Below the pieces are notes generated by a model, which saw nothing but the letters and a program-made list of their open reading frames with translations, was not told the origin of the DNA and made no database searches. This document shows, piece after piece, positions 1-11,145 of a DNA stretch of 64,000 nucleotides (its first letter is position 1; every line of letters begins with the position of its first letter). The translations under genes and the position numbers were made by a program. This stretch comes from Odoribacter sp. (GTDB taxonomy: Bacteria; Bacteroidota; Bacteroidia; Bacteroidales; Marinifilaceae): NCBI GenBank assembly GCA_020024465.1, contig JAHHTT010000006.1, forward strand, positions 1,071-65,070. The letters run 5' to 3'.

Positions 1-992
1 TCCGACAAATACATTTTAACCTGTACGACACTGTCGGTTTCCACCTTTATTGTTCCGTCACCCTTCATCGTCACGGCGAGCAATTCCTGCTGCCGGTTTC
101 CGAAACAACGGTAAAATGTCTCTCGCTTTTTATAACGTTCAAAATCCTTTACATCATTAATCAGACGCGACTGAAGAAACGAACAGGAATCCATAGACAA
201 ATGATAAAGAGTATCCATACCCACTACAACATCCAAGACATACACACCCAACTTGTTCCAGGAATTTTCCATATAATCGAGAGCATGCACCCCGATTCCT
301 ATTTTACCTGCCGGCACCACATAACGTCCGGCAGTGTATTTGCCCGACCCCTCATTTTTGACGGGACAGCTACGAAGGAATTCCACCCGTCCGTCCTTTT
401 TCACCGAATAGAGCCCCAAGTATTTCACCTGAGGAGCTTTCAAATCCCGTATAGGATAAAAACGGAGAGGATTCCAAGTATGTTCCGTACGGGTATTCCG
501 AATTTCAAAATGAAGATGCGGACCTGCGGATGAACCGGAATTGCCACTATAAGCAATCGTATCGCCTCTCCTGTACGCCAACCGTCTGTGCAAAATATGC
601 TCATCCACACAAAAGCTCTCTTCGGCATATTGGATTTCCCTTACCAAAGCAGCCAGACGGGGTTCGAAACGTTGCAGATGCCCATAAACAGAAGTCGTCC
701 CGTCCGGATGATCGATATATAAAGCCAATCCGTAACCGACCGGAGAGACCGCCACCCTCGACACAATCCCATCCTGCACACAAATTACGGGCAAGCCCTC
801 CACTCCTCCGGTCTTGATATCGATTCCCGAATGCAAATGTGTTGCCCTCAATTCACCGAAATTACCGCTCAATGAAGTCATATCACGAAGCGGCCTGACC
901 AGCTTCTGTGCAGCCGCCTCATCCAACACAAACAATATCAAACTATTGTAAAAAAAAGCGATAAGAAAAACGCCATATAATCTTTTGCCCAT
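1..992 (-). CDS. M23 family metallopeptidase (3' end beyond window start)
   Basis: Absent from the ORF track because it runs off the window. Manual translation from the ATG at 992: MGKRLYGVFLIAFFYNSLILFVLDEAAAQ...LSGNFGELRATHLHSGIDIKTGGVEGLPV...YGLALYIDHPDGTTSVYGHLQRF. This shows a signal peptide plus the HxxxD and YxHL M23 motifs. Divergent from zapB. Confidence 0.85.
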   Translation of the reverse strand, partial: MGKRLYGVFLIAFFYNSLILFVLDEAAAQKLVRPLRDMTSLSGNFGELRATHLHSGIDIKTGGVEGLPVICVQDGIVSRVAVSPVGYGLALYIDHPDGTTSVYGHLQRFEPRLAALVREIQYAEESFCVDEHILHRRLAYRRGDTIAYSGNSGSSAGPHLHFEIRNTRTEHTWNPLRFYPIRDLKAPQVKYLGLYSVKKDGRVEFLRSCPVKNEGSGKYTAGRYVVPAGKIGIGVHALDYMENSWNKLGVYVLDVVVGMDTLYHLSMDSCSFLQSRLINDVKDFERYKKRETFYRCFGNRQQELLAVTMKGDGTIKVETDSVVQVKMYLS

Positions 993-1058
993 ATCAATAA
1001 ATCAACAAAAATATTGTGCAAATATATACAGACCCTTGATAATTTAAAGAATAAATCA

Positions 1059-1066
1059 TATCTTTG
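1059..1066 (+). promoter_or_regulatory. Bacteroidetes primary-sigma -7 element (TATCTTTG) for zapB-zapA-6S-rny
   Basis: Exact TAnnTTTG match 18 nt before the zapB ATG. Confidence 0.6.
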
Positions 1067-1084
1067 TCATGAAAAGATTAAGTT

Positions 1085-1375
1085 ATGGCAGCAAAACACG
1101 ATATCGTTGTTAACGAGCTTGACTATAAGATCGGAAAATTAATAAAACTATATATATCCTCTTTGGAGCGGAACAAAGATTTGGAAAGCAAAATAGAGAC
1201 ACTGCAATCTGAATTGGAGGTCGCTGTAAAAGAGAAGCAAGATTTGCAAGAAAAACTTAAAACAGCCAGAGTGGCCAATGCAATTTCTAGCGGAGAGGGT
1301 AGTCTTGAAGCTAAAAAGAGAATTAACCAACTGGTGCGGGAAATTGACAAATGTATTGCTCTTTTGAATAATTGA
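1085..1375 (+). CDS. ZapB-like coiled-coil cell division protein
   Basis: 96-aa coiled coil ending KKRINQLVREIDKCIALLN, directly upstream of zapA as is typical in Bacteroidetes. Confidence 0.7.
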   Translation: MAAKHDIVVNELDYKIGKLIKLYISSLERNKDLESKIETLQSELEVAVKEKQDLQEKLKTARVANAISSGEGSLEAKKRINQLVREIDKCIALLNN

Positions 1376-1377
1376 AT

Positions 1378-1647
1378 ATGTCAGAAAAACGTAACATTAA
1401 CCTAACAATTGCCGACATTCCTCTCAGTCTGAACATAACGGCTTCCGATGAAGAAATTGTCAGGAAAGCGGCCAAAGAGATTAATGATCGCGTTTTAAAA
1501 TATAAATCCGGTCATCCGGAGCCGGAACCGTTCTATTTCCTGGCATTCGTTTCGCTGCAACACACAATAACGATGTTGCAACAGGATGAAAAATATAGAG
1601 AGATAGAACAGATAAATTCAAAACTTGATGAATACATCAAAGAGTAA
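1378..1647 (+). CDS. zapA: Cell division protein ZapA
   Basis: INLTIADIPLSLNI...EEIVRKAAKEIND ZapA pattern; synteny with 6S RNA and rny. The ATG at 1378 is preferred over the upstream TTG. Confidence 0.85.
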   Translation: MSEKRNINLTIADIPLSLNITASDEEIVRKAAKEINDRVLKYKSGHPEPEPFYFLAFVSLQHTITMLQQDEKYREIEQINSKLDEYIKE

Positions 1648-1677
1648 GTATCGGAAAATAGTTCTTTGGAAATAGAT

Positions 1678-1860
1678 ATTCCCGCATTATTTCGACTTTA
1701 AGCGAAAAACTCAACACTTAAATTATTAGAGCGGACGCTTAATTTGCTGAAGACAGGCCTCAACCCTTCGGGGTTTCTTCGGAACAGTGGAAGTCTGAAT
1801 CAAATGGCAGCTCTACCCGTGTCATTCAGGGGTTTTATTAAAAAGAAATAGTGCGGGATT
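1678..1860 (+). ncRNA. ssrS: 6S RNA (Bacteroidetes type)
   Basis: About 180 nt between zapA and rny. The ends pair (TCCCGCATTATTTC / GAAATAGTGCGGGA) into a long rod with inner pairings (AGAGC/GCTCT, AGAC/GTCT). zapA-6S-rny synteny is established. Confidence 0.8.
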
Positions 1861-1902
1861 TTTTTATGTAAATATATAAACACTATTATAAATTAATTAA
1901 AT

Positions 1903-3438
1903 ATGTACACAACGATCATAATCGCATTAGTTGCTTTAGTGGCAGGTGCAGCTATCGGATGGATTACATTGCAAACAGCGATGAAACATCGGGCTCAAAA
2001 CATCATCAAAGAAGCCGAAGCTGAAGCTGAAGTAATAAAAAAAGACAAGATATTACAAGCCAAAGAAAAGTTTTTGCAGATAAAAGCAGAACACGACAAA
2101 CAGGTGGCAGCCCGAAACAATAAAATTCAGGCAGTAGAGAATAAATTAAAGCAGCAGGAGACAGACATTTCCCGCAAACTGGAGGATATCCAACGTAAAA
2201 ACAAGGACATTCAGAACCAGCAGAGCAATATCGAAGTTCAAAAGGAACTGCTTGAAAAGAAAACAGCAGAGTTGGACAAACTGAAGAAACAGCAGATCGA
2301 ACAGCTGGAGGCGATTTCAGGCATGTCGGGCGAACAGGCGAAGGAAAAGCTCATCAATTCACTGAAAGAAGAAGCGGAAGCAGAAGCCATATCATATGTC
2401 AATGAAATCATGGATGAGGCTAAAATGACCGCCAATATGGAAGCCAAAAAGTTGGTAATCAAAACTATCCAACGGGTAGCGACAGAAACGGCGACGGAAA
2501 ATGCCGTATCGATATTCCACATTGATTCAGACGAAATCAAAGGACGTATCATCGGACGAGAAGGACGCAATATCCGTGCGCTGGAAGCTGCTACCGGCGT
2601 TGAAATCATTGTTGACGATACCCCGGAAGCCATCGTGCTTTCAGGCTTTGATCCGGTAAGAAGAGAAATCGCCCGTCTTTCTCTCCACCAATTGGTAACA
2701 GACGGACGTATCCATCCTGCACGCATCGAAGAGGTGGTGAATAAAGTGAAGAAACAAATTGAAGAAGAGATTATCGAAACCGGTAAACGGACAACCATCG
2801 ATTTGGGTATTCACGGATTGCATCCGGAACTGATCCGCCTGATCGGTAAGATGAAATACCGTTCTTCATACGGCCAGAACCTATTACAGCATGCCCGAGA
2901 GACGGCCAATCTTTGTGCCATCATGGCTGCCGAACTGGGACTGAATGTAAAAAAAGCCAAACGCGCCGGTCTTTTACACGATATAGGCAAAGTGCCTGAT
3001 GACGAACCGGAATTACCACATGCCATTCTGGGTATGCAACTGGCAGAAAAATATAAGGAAAAACCGGATATCTGCAATGCTATCGGTTCTCACCACGAAG
3101 AGATTGAAATGACCACTCTGATTGCCCCCATCGTCCAAGCCTGTGACGCCATTTCAGGAGCACGTCCGGGAGCACGCCGCGAAGTGGTGGAATCGTATAT
3201 CAAGCGTTTGAAAGATATGGAGGACCTTGCTTTATCATACAACGGAGTCGTAAAAACATATGCCATTCAAGCCGGCCGAGAATTGCGAGTAGTGGTGGGA
3301 AGTGAAAAAATCTCAGATACAGAGGCTGAAAAAATCTCATTTGACATAGCCAAACGTATCCAGGACGAGATGACCTACCCCGGTCAGGTAAAAGTTACAG
3401 TCATCCGGGAAACCCGTGCCATCAACTACGCAAAGTAA
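1903..3438 (+). CDS. rny: Ribonuclease Y
   Basis: N-terminal TM helix, coiled coil, KH domain ([16 protein letters not shown]), HD domain ([10 protein letters not shown]). Confidence 0.97.
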   Translation: MYTTIIIALVALVAGAAIGWITLQTAMKHRAQNIIKEAEAEAEVIKKDKILQAKEKFLQIKAEHDKQVAARNNKIQAVENKLKQQETDISRKLEDIQRKNKDIQNQQSNIEVQKELLEKKTAELDKLKKQQIEQLEAISGMSGEQAKEKLINSLKEEAEAEAISYVNEIMDEAKMTANMEAKKLVIKTIQRVATETATENAVSIFHIDSDEIKGRIIGREGRNIRALEAATGVEIIVDDTPEAIVLSGFDPVRREIARLSLHQLVTDGRIHPARIEEVVNKVKKQIEEEIIETGKRTTIDLGIHGLHPELIRLIGKMKYRSSYGQNLLQHARETANLCAIMAAELGLNVKKAKRAGLLHDIGKVPDDEPELPHAILGMQLAEKYKEKPDICNAIGSHHEEIEMTTLIAPIVQACDAISGARPGARREVVESYIKRLKDMEDLALSYNGVVKTYAIQAGRELRVVVGSEKISDTEAEKISFDIAKRIQDEMTYPGQVKVTVIRETRAINYAK

Positions 3439-3459
3439 GAGACAAACCTTTTCTCCTAT

Positions 3460-3487
3460 AAAATGCCCTCAAAAGGGGCATTTTTTT
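3460..3487 (+). terminator. Rho-independent terminator of rny
   Basis: AAATGCCC-TCAAAAG-GGGCATTT followed by a T-run. Confidence 0.85.
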
Positions 3488-3560
3488 ATTATTCCATATT
3501 TTTTTACAAGCGAACATTACAAATGTTTGCTAAATTTGCATCCGTAAACCGACCTGACAT

Positions 3561-4145
3561 ATGACAGCAAGGCAAAAAGGCTATACAGAAAAACAATTTG
3601 AAGAGGCATTCAGACAGTATTATCCCCGACTTGTAGCCTTCATCGAGCGACACGTTGGAGATACGGCACAGGCTCAAGACCTCGCTCAAGACGTATTTTT
3701 CAAACTATACGAAAGCTCATCCGATTTTCCCAACACGAGCAGTTTAAAGTCATGGCTATATACTACTTCCCGCAATATAGCCATCGATTATCTGCGCCAT
3801 CTGAAAGTAGAGGACAATTACCAGCTACTGACAGCTGAAGCACTGATGTATACGACCGATATTGACGAAGGAATCAATGAAACATTGGTCAAAAAAATAA
3901 ATGAAGCGCTCAACGCCCTGCCGGAACAATGCCGGCAAATTGTGAAAATGAATATCACAGACGGATATAAATACTCTGAAATCGCAGAGATATTAGGCAT
4001 ATCCGTCAATACAGTCAGAACACAAATCTCAAGAGGCTACAAAAAGCTACGCGAATTATTATCGGAAGACTTTAAGGCTCTTGTCCTGATCTATTTTCAG
4101 TTACACAAGACTTTTTTATTACAGCATTCCACCCTTTTTTTATAA
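3561..4145 (+). CDS. ECF sigma-70 factor (FecI-like, Bacteroidetes expansion family)
   Basis: Region 2 (AQDLAQDVFFKLY...SWLY...RNIAIDYLR) and region 4 (YSEIAEILGISVNTVRTQISRG); TAAATTTG promoter just upstream. Confidence 0.92.
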   Translation: MTARQKGYTEKQFEEAFRQYYPRLVAFIERHVGDTAQAQDLAQDVFFKLYESSSDFPNTSSLKSWLYTTSRNIAIDYLRHLKVEDNYQLLTAEALMYTTDIDEGINETLVKKINEALNALPEQCRQIVKMNITDGYKYSEIAEILGISVNTVRTQISRGYKKLRELLSEDFKALVLIYFQLHKTFLLQHSTLFL

Positions 4146-4180
4146 CAGAATAAAATATTTTTGTTAAAAACATTTCTTTT

Positions 4181-4209
4181 GTCACACAAAACAATTGTGC
4201 AAACGTTTT
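4181..4209 (+). promoter_or_regulatory. Putative ECF-dependent promoter of the fecR-susC operon
   Basis: GTCACAC-N16-CGTTTT bipartite motif about 50 nt upstream of fecR; assignment to the adjacent ECF is inferred. Confidence 0.35.
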
Positions 4210-4260
4210 ACTCATGCAATAAAATAAAAAACATGTACCATTACACTATCTGATTATATC

Positions 4261-5430
4261 ATGCATGATTCGAACATAGACATAAAAATCATCTACAAAA
4301 AGATCGAAGGCAAAGTCAATAAGGAAGAAAACCGGCTTTTTGAAGAGTGGTATCAAGATAGTTCCCACCAAAAATACTTTAAAAAGATTCAGGAATACCA
4401 CGAACTGAGACACGAACCAAGTATCGGCAAAGAACAGACGGACACAGCATGGTCAAAACTAGCGAAACGCATAAAAAAAGACAGGCATACCCGCAGGCAC
4501 AATCTATTTGCAGCAATCATGACAGCAGCATCGGTCGCCATGATACTGATATCATCTTCCCTTTGGCTGAAAAAAAACGACAGCACTCCCGAAAAAGCAG
4601 TTTCTTCGGAAATCCTTCCCGGAAAATACAGTGCCATTCTTGAACTTGAAGACGGTAGTACACTGAATTTAAACCAATTAACGGAAAATAACAAAGCACA
4701 AATAAAAAAACATATCCATATAGACAGCAATTATTTATGTTACAAACATCAAATAAAAGAAAAGAATCTGAGGCTGGAATACAATAAAATCATAGTCCCC
4801 CGCGGAGGAGAATTCCAACTGATACTGGCAGACAGCAGCAAAGTCTGGTTGAATTCAGAATCACAATTAAAATATCCGATCGCATTCGGTCCTGACAAAC
4901 GGGAAATATACCTGGAAGGAGAAGCTTATTTTGAAGTGACAAAAGACAGCACACGACCATTCACGGTATATGCAGGCTCCCAAAAAGTCACGGTATCCGG
5001 CACTTCCTTCGGAATCACAAGCTATCCGGAAGAAAATTTCGAAGCCACAACATTAGTGGAAGGCAAAGTAAACGTTGAATTTCCACAATACGGCAACAAG
5101 GTATACACTCTGACACCCGGCTATCAGGTACGCTACGACAGAAAACATGCAAAGATTATCCACGAAATGGTGGCAACCGATGAATACACAGCCTGGAAAG
5201 ACGGAAAATATATCTTCCAGAAGAAACGTTTGGAGGACATATTAAACACCTTGAGCAGATGGTATGACTTTCAGGTATTTTATCAGAACAGCAGATGCAA
5301 GGAAATCCTATTCTCCGGGGAAATACAACGGTTTGAAAACTTCAATACCATTCTGAATCTGTTGAAAAAAAGCAGCGATGCTGATTTTACAGTGAACGAC
5401 AACATTGTACAGGTGAAAACTAAGTTTTAA
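4261..5430 (+). CDS. FecR family anti-sigma factor
   Basis: TM helix, VPRGGEFQLILADSSKVWLNSES...LEGEAYFEV FecR motif, C-terminal L..L.RWYD domain. Confidence 0.93.
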   Translation: MHDSNIDIKIIYKKIEGKVNKEENRLFEEWYQDSSHQKYFKKIQEYHELRHEPSIGKEQTDTAWSKLAKRIKKDRHTRRHNLFAAIMTAASVAMILISSSLWLKKNDSTPEKAVSSEILPGKYSAILELEDGSTLNLNQLTENNKAQIKKHIHIDSNYLCYKHQIKEKNLRLEYNKIIVPRGGEFQLILADSSKVWLNSESQLKYPIAFGPDKREIYLEGEAYFEVTKDSTRPFTVYAGSQKVTVSGTSFGITSYPEENFEATTLVEGKVNVEFPQYGNKVYTLTPGYQVRYDRKHAKIIHEMVATDEYTAWKDGKYIFQKKRLEDILNTLSRWYDFQVFYQNSRCKEILFSGEIQRFENFNTILNLLKKSSDADFTVNDNIVQVKTKF

Positions 5431-5448
5431 TCTAAATAAACATCAATT

Positions 5449-8400
5449 ATGAAAAAAACACCCATTCAGCCGACCGGTATCTTCCGGCGCAGAGAACGCG
5501 GAAAAATGCCATTGGGAATATCCCAATTACTTGTTTTCTTATTGGTATTCAACACAAATCTGAGTGCGAATGCCTTTTCACAACATCAAAAAATAAGCGT
5601 TACACTAAAGAATGCCGGAATAGCAGAATTCATCGAAGCCATAAAAAGCCAATGCGATGTAGGTTTTATATATGACTACAATAAAGTGCAGGCCATACCT
5701 TCCATCACCATCAATGTAAAGAACAAACCCATCAAAGATGTATTAACCCAGGCTTTAGAGGGAAGCGGATTCATTGCCATCATCGAGGACAATACCATCA
5801 TCCTCCAACAATCACCCCAACAGACACAAACGCCCCGGGCAACGACCGTGAAAGGCAAGGTAATGACAAATGCAGGGACCCCCCTGCCGGGAGTTACGGT
5901 GCTGATAAAAAACACCACCCTGGGTACGGCAACCAATGCAGAAGGAGAATTCGAATTAGCCGTACCGGATGCAAAGGGAAAGATTCTGGTTTTTTCCTTC
6001 ATCGGGATGGACAACAAAGAAGTAGAAATAAAAAATCCCGCACAGCCATTGAAAGTAACCATGACAGAAACGGCAGAAAATCTAAGCGAAGTTGTCGTAA
6101 CCGGTATTTTCAGCCGCAAAAAAGAGAGCTTTACGGGAGCCGCCACGACCTATACCAGCAATGAATTAAAACAAGTGGGCAACCAAAACATCATCCAAAG
6201 TCTCCGCACCCTGGATCCTTCACTCTTAGTCATGGACAGCAAGGAGTGGGGTTCGGACCCGAATCGTCTTCCAGACCTTGAAATCCGCGGGAAAACATCC
6301 ATTGCGGGCTTCAAGGAAGAATACGGCACAGACCCGAATCAACCGCTATTTATTCTGGACGGTTTTGAAACGACACTTGAAACAATCATGAACTTAAGTC
6401 TTGACCGTGTAGCCAGTGTGACAATCTTAAAGGATGCAGCTTCTACCGCCATTTATGGTTCAAAAGCCGCCAACGGAGTCATGGTCGTAGAGACCGTACA
6501 GCCGGAAATCGGTCAATTAAGGGTCAATTACCGAGGAGACTTCACCGTGTCGTTTGCCGACCTGACAGATTATAATCTGATGAATTCCAGAGAGAAACTG
6601 GAATTTGAAAAGTTGTCAGGCTATTACACCAGTGAATATCCCAGCAATCAGTTGTCTTTAAACGAACTATACAACAAAAAAGCAGCAGAAATCGCACGCG
6701 GGGTGGACACATACTGGATGAACGAACCTTTGAGAACGACATTCTCCCACCGACACAACCTATATGTCGACGGAGGAGATGAAGCCATGAGATATGGCCT
6801 GGGGGTCAATTACGGAACGACAAAGGGCGTCATGAAGGGCTCTGACAAAGATATCATTGCCGTAAATCTGGATTTAAACTACCGAATCAAGAATCTTCGG
6901 TTTGCCAATAAAGCCTACTTTGAATATACAGACGCCGACCACGAACCTGTATCCTTTTCAAAATATGCACAGGCAAATCCTTACTACCGCAAAGAAGGAG
7001 CAGATGGAGAGGTAAGCATGTCTTTAGATTCGCTGCCCGGTAACAAAGTAATATACAATCCTCTATATGCCGCTACTTTGAAACATGTGGACAAGACGAA
7101 AGGCATTGGTCTGAACGACAACTTTCAGATAGAATGGGATATCACTTCTGATCTGAGAGCCAGAGGCCGTATCGGCCTTACTTACAAAGATCAGGACAGC
7201 GAAGCTTTCAAGTCGCCGAAACACCCTGATTTTGCAGAAACTACGGAGTTGGAAAGAGGAAGCTATTCAGAATCCTATAACCGGACATTTTCATACGATG
7301 GCGATTTAACGGTGACTTACGGTAAACTATTTGCGGACAAACACCAAGTAAATCTCGTCGGCGGATGGAAATTCCAACAGACGACCAACCGTTCTGGCGG
7401 ATACAGTACCGTAGGATTCATCAATGATTTCTATATCAATCCATCCTTCTCAAGCGGCTACAAAGAGGGATCCAAGCCTCTGTATTCGAAGACAGTGTCC
7501 AGAAGTACCAGTTTCTACGTAACAGCCAACTATGCCTTCGACAACCGCTATCTGCTGGATGCCACTTACCGTGCGGACGGGTCGTCAGTATTCGGAGCCA
7601 ACAACCTGTTCACCAATACCTGGTCTGTCGGTCTGGCCTGGAATATCCACAATGAAAATTTCATGAAAGAAGTCGAATGGATCTCCTTGTTGAAAATACG
7701 CGGTTCTATCGGTAATCCCGGTAACCAGAATTTTAGTGCATATCAGGCAATGAAAACTTACAAATACAACTCCTGGCTCCGAAACAAATTCGGCAGCAGT
7801 GCGCTTATCGACCAATTCGGGAATCCTGATCTGGAATGGCAAAAGACCATGGAAAAATCCGTCGGCATCGACGTTGTGTTACTGCAAAACCGTCTGCGTT
7901 TCAACATTGACTATTACAACAAAGAAACCGACCCGTTATTAGTGATTATATCCATGCCGACTTCAACCGGAACCACCTCACTGACCACCAATATCGGCAA
8001 GCAATCCATCAAAGGTACAGACGGACAAATCAGTTTTTCACCCATATACCGTCCGCAGGAGAGAATCAACTGGAGCATCAGAGGGACTTTCCGTCATGAA
8101 AAAGGCGAATATAAAAACGTAGGAAATTCTCTGGAGAAGCTGAATCAGAACAATATCCAAGCCAAAAACATGACCCGCTATTACGACGGCGGCAGCCCTG
8201 ATGATTTGTGGGCCGTGAAGTCTCTGGGGATCGACCCCACCACCGGTAATGAACTATTCTTGAAAAAAGACGGGACAAGCAGTTTTGAATGGAACGTTGA
8301 AGATGAAGTCATTGTCGGTAACTCCCGTCCAAAACTGGAAGGAGTTGTGGGCACCACACTATACTACAAAGGTCTGTCCGTTTCTGCCAATTTCCGGTAT

Positions 8401-8787
8401 CAGGTGGGAGGCTATACTTTTGCAAGCGCACTATTCAACAAAGTTGAAAATATCTCACAAGACAATCTTTTCAATAACCATGACAAACGGGCCCTTTACG
8501 ACCGCTGGCAATATCCCGGACAAAAAACTAAATTTAAAAGTATAGCCAAGAGTACTTCCACACAGATGTCTTCCCGTTTTGTTCTGAAAGAGAATGTGTT
8601 CAAGGGAGAATCCATCACCATCGGCTATGAAACGACCGCAGATTGGCTAAAACGCATCGGAGCCTCTTCCATGAGCGTGAATGCCTATATGAATGATATT
8701 TTCAGATGTTCGTCCATAAAAGAAGAACGGGGAATCGAATATCCTTTTGCCCGCTCTGTTGCCTTTTCCATCAGCCTCAGATTCTAA
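5449..8787 (+). CDS. SusC/RagA TonB-dependent transporter with N-terminal STN signalling extension
   Basis: STN-like domain, CarboxypepD_reg-like domain (PLPGVTVLIK), plug motif LKDAASTAIYGSKAANGV, C-terminal Phe. Confidence 0.95.
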   Translation: MKKTPIQPTGIFRRRERGKMPLGISQLLVFLLVFNTNLSANAFSQHQKISVTLKNAGIAEFIEAIKSQCDVGFIYDYNKVQAIPSITINVKNKPIKDVLTQALEGSGFIAIIEDNTIILQQSPQQTQTPRATTVKGKVMTNAGTPLPGVTVLIKNTTLGTATNAEGEFELAVPDAKGKILVFSFIGMDNKEVEIKNPAQPLKVTMTETAENLSEVVVTGIFSRKKESFTGAATTYTSNELKQVGNQNIIQSLRTLDPSLLVMDSKEWGSDPNRLPDLEIRGKTSIAGFKEEYGTDPNQPLFILDGFETTLETIMNLSLDRVASVTILKDAASTAIYGSKAANGVMVVETVQPEIGQLRVNYRGDFTVSFADLTDYNLMNSREKLEFEKLSGYYTSEYPSNQLSLNELYNKKAAEIARGVDTYWMNEPLRTTFSHRHNLYVDGGDEAMRYGLGVNYGTTKGVMKGSDKDIIAVNLDLNYRIKNLRFANKAYFEYTDADHEPVSFSKYAQANPYYRKEGADGEVSMSLDSLPGNKVIYNPLYAATLKHVDKTKGIGLNDNFQIEWDITSDLRARGRIGLTYKDQDSEAFKSPKHPDFAETTELERGSYSESYNRTFSYDGDLTVTYGKLFADKHQVNLVGGWKFQQTTNRSGGYSTVGFINDFYINPSFSSGYKEGSKPLYSKTVSRSTSFYVTANYAFDNRYLLDATYRADGSSVFGANNLFTNTWSVGLAWNIHNENFMKEVEWISLLKIRGSIGNPGNQNFSAYQAMKTYKYNSWLRNKFGSSALIDQFGNPDLEWQKTMEKSVGIDVVLLQNRLRFNIDYYNKETDPLLVIISMPTSTGTTSLTTNIGKQSIKGTDGQISFSPIYRPQERINWSIRGTFRHEKGEYKNVGNSLEKLNQNNIQAKNMTRYYDGGSPDDLWAVKSLGIDPTTGNELFLKKDGTSSFEWNVEDEVIVGNSRPKLEGVVGTTLYYKGLSVSANFRYQVGGYTFASALFNKVENISQDNLFNNHDKRALYDRWQYPGQKTKFKSIAKSTSTQMSSRFVLKENVFKGESITIGYETTADWLKRIGASSMSVNAYMNDIFRCSSIKEERGIEYPFARSVAFSISLRF

Positions 8788-8813
8788 TGTATAATCAATA
8801 AACTATCCGACCA

Positions 8814-10292
8814 ATGAAAAAATATATATTATACCTGTTGTTAATTTCCGGTGTTGTACTCAGTTCCTGCAACAAATGGCTGGAAATAAAACCGGAAGAC
8901 CGGATTATGGAAGACAATCTATTTGACAGCCGGGAAGGATTCATGACCGCACTGAACGGAGTGTACATTGAAATGAGCTCCCCCACCTTATATGGAGGAT
9001 GGATGCAAGCCGCCCTATTTGACGTTCTGGCACAATATTATACAGAGGCAATGGGATACAATACCCATGCTTATACAAACTATAAAGACTTTGCCTATGA
9101 GCAAGAAGAAGTAAAAAAGACTTACCAAAACATTTGGGAAAAATATTACAATCTGATTGTCAACAGCAATACCATCATCGAACATTGCGATAAAGCAAAA
9201 GACATATTAGGCACCCAATACTACCACATCATCAAGGGAGAAGCTTTGGCCTTACGTGCTTTTTTCCACTTTGAAATGCTACGCATATGGGGACCTATTT
9301 TTAAGGAGAATCCGGAAGGGACAAGTATTCCTTATGCCGAAAGTCCTATCATTGAAGTGCGTCCTCTATTGACAGGCAATGCCGTATACGAGAAAATCCT
9401 CAGAGATCTGAAGGCAGCCGAATCTCTTCTGAAAGACCATGACCCCATCCTTACGGAGGGTGCTTTATTCTCTCCCGGCGGATTCGGAGAAAGCAATGAT
9501 CTGCGTTACCGCAACCTGCGTCTGAACTATTTTGCAGTCCAGGCACTGACAGCCAGAGCCGCACTCTATTGCAATGACCGGACAACAGCCTTGGAATATG
9601 CCAGGAAGGTCGTTGAGGCAGTACAGAAAGAAGACGATGAAATTTTCCCATTCATCATACGCGGCAATGACGATCAAGACCGTGTGTACAAGACTGAGTT
9701 GCTCTTCGCCCAATATAATCTGAAACGCAGTGAAATCTGGAAAAACTACTTTTCCAACAGTCTGGCAGATGCCAATGTACTGAGAGTAAGCGATGCCACC
9801 GTTAACGGGATGTACGAAGAAACCGATTACCGCTATAAACACCAGTGGAAAAAGGCCAAAAGCCCACAGGAGGTGGAACAATTTTATTTCATCAAATACA
9901 ATGACGTTCTCCTATCAAATCCAGATGACGAAAAAGAAAAGCTACAAAAGGAATACCGTTATTTAGTGCCGATGATACGCATATCCGAGATGTACTATAT
10001 CATAGCAGAATGCGAAACCAACCCGGACAAGGCTCTGGAAGCGATTAACAAGGTACGGAATGCACGTGCTCTTAAAAACCTTACAGACTACAATCTGTTG
10101 GCCGATGAACTGGAAAAAGAGTACAAACGCGAGTTCATCGGTGAAGGGCAACTGTTTTTCTATTACAAGCGCCTGGCGAAAAAAAACATTGTCTATGGAC
10201 AAGGCTATTGGGGGCCTCTCAGCGTTGAGATGACTACCAACAAATATATTCCCGGTCTGCCGGATTCAGAAAAGAACAATCGAATTGACTAA
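8814..10292 (+). CDS. SusD/RagB family surface lipoprotein
   Basis: Lipobox LSSC, GEALALRAFFHFEMLRIWG, IRISEMYYIIAE, EYKREFIGEGQLFFYYKR. Confidence 0.93.
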   Translation: MKKYILYLLLISGVVLSSCNKWLEIKPEDRIMEDNLFDSREGFMTALNGVYIEMSSPTLYGGWMQAALFDVLAQYYTEAMGYNTHAYTNYKDFAYEQEEVKKTYQNIWEKYYNLIVNSNTIIEHCDKAKDILGTQYYHIIKGEALALRAFFHFEMLRIWGPIFKENPEGTSIPYAESPIIEVRPLLTGNAVYEKILRDLKAAESLLKDHDPILTEGALFSPGGFGESNDLRYRNLRLNYFAVQALTARAALYCNDRTTALEYARKVVEAVQKEDDEIFPFIIRGNDDQDRVYKTELLFAQYNLKRSEIWKNYFSNSLADANVLRVSDATVNGMYEETDYRYKHQWKKAKSPQEVEQFYFIKYNDVLLSNPDDEKEKLQKEYRYLVPMIRISEMYYIIAECETNPDKALEAINKVRNARALKNLTDYNLLADELEKEYKREFIGEGQLFFYYKRLAKKNIVYGQGYWGPLSVEMTTNKYIPGLPDSEKNNRID

Positions 10293-10302
10293 ACACAACG
10301 CC

Positions 10303-11124
10303 ATGAAAACAATTATCAAATACATTACCATTATTTCTGCCCTATTCAGTCTGAACAGTTGCGAATCGGAGCTAATGAACTATGAGGGGGATGCGGGAGT
10401 ATATTTTGCCGTACAATTCCCCTGGCAATCGGGATATGGCGATTCGACCATATGGGAACTAAGCCCTGTATCAAATGTTTCTTTTTTCTTGCAGAAAAGA
10501 ACAGACAGCACCATCAAAGTGCGTGTCCAGATTACCGGCAACACTCTTGACAGAGACCGTCAATTCAAGGTGGTGGTTGCAGATACCGGCAATACCGCAA
10601 AAGTGAATTATGACTATGATCCCATTCCGGAGATTCACACCATCCGGGCGAATACACAATACACGGATATTCCGATAAAAGTGTACAAACAGGCGGACCT
10701 TGCCAATACAAGCCGGAAGATCATACTGCGTCTGGAAGAGACGGCAGATTTCCGCCTTCCCATCGGCACCTGGTATCCCTGGCCGGACCAACATAAATGG
10801 AGTCCTTCTGTAGGCAGTGAAGAAGTGAATATATCAGCCATCGAACACACCATCATCATCAGTGATATTATAAAAGAACCGGAAGGCTGGTATTCCGGAC
10901 TGCTTGGGAAATTCACCATAAAGAAATTCAATCTAATGTGTGAAATGTTTGACCTGACCATTAATGATTTCAGCAAAGAGGCAATGAATACGAGCCGTGC
11001 AACAGCCTACGGCCAACGATTTGACACCTGGCTTCAGACTCAAAAACAGAATGGCAACGAAATATTGGAAGAAGACGGGACACCCATGAAAATGGGCAAC
11101 TATCTATATGGTGGCGGTTATTAA
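10303..11124 (+). CDS. DUF4843-like lipoprotein
   Basis: Lipobox LNSC followed by ESELMNYEG; Ig-like region (VQITGN...DRQFKVVV); IKEPEGWY...LLGKF C-terminus; lies after susD. The ATG at 10303 is preferred. Confidence 0.7.
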   Translation: MKTIIKYITIISALFSLNSCESELMNYEGDAGVYFAVQFPWQSGYGDSTIWELSPVSNVSFFLQKRTDSTIKVRVQITGNTLDRDRQFKVVVADTGNTAKVNYDYDPIPEIHTIRANTQYTDIPIKVYKQADLANTSRKIILRLEETADFRLPIGTWYPWPDQHKWSPSVGSEEVNISAIEHTIIISDIIKEPEGWYSGLLGKFTIKKFNLMCEMFDLTINDFSKEAMNTSRATAYGQRFDTWLQTQKQNGNEILEEDGTPMKMGNYLYGGGY

Positions 11125-11145
11125 TCTTGTTTAAACAATCATATT

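Noticed and set aside
201..817. Short ORFs listed in the track
   Set aside because: They overlap the minus-strand M23 peptidase reading frame
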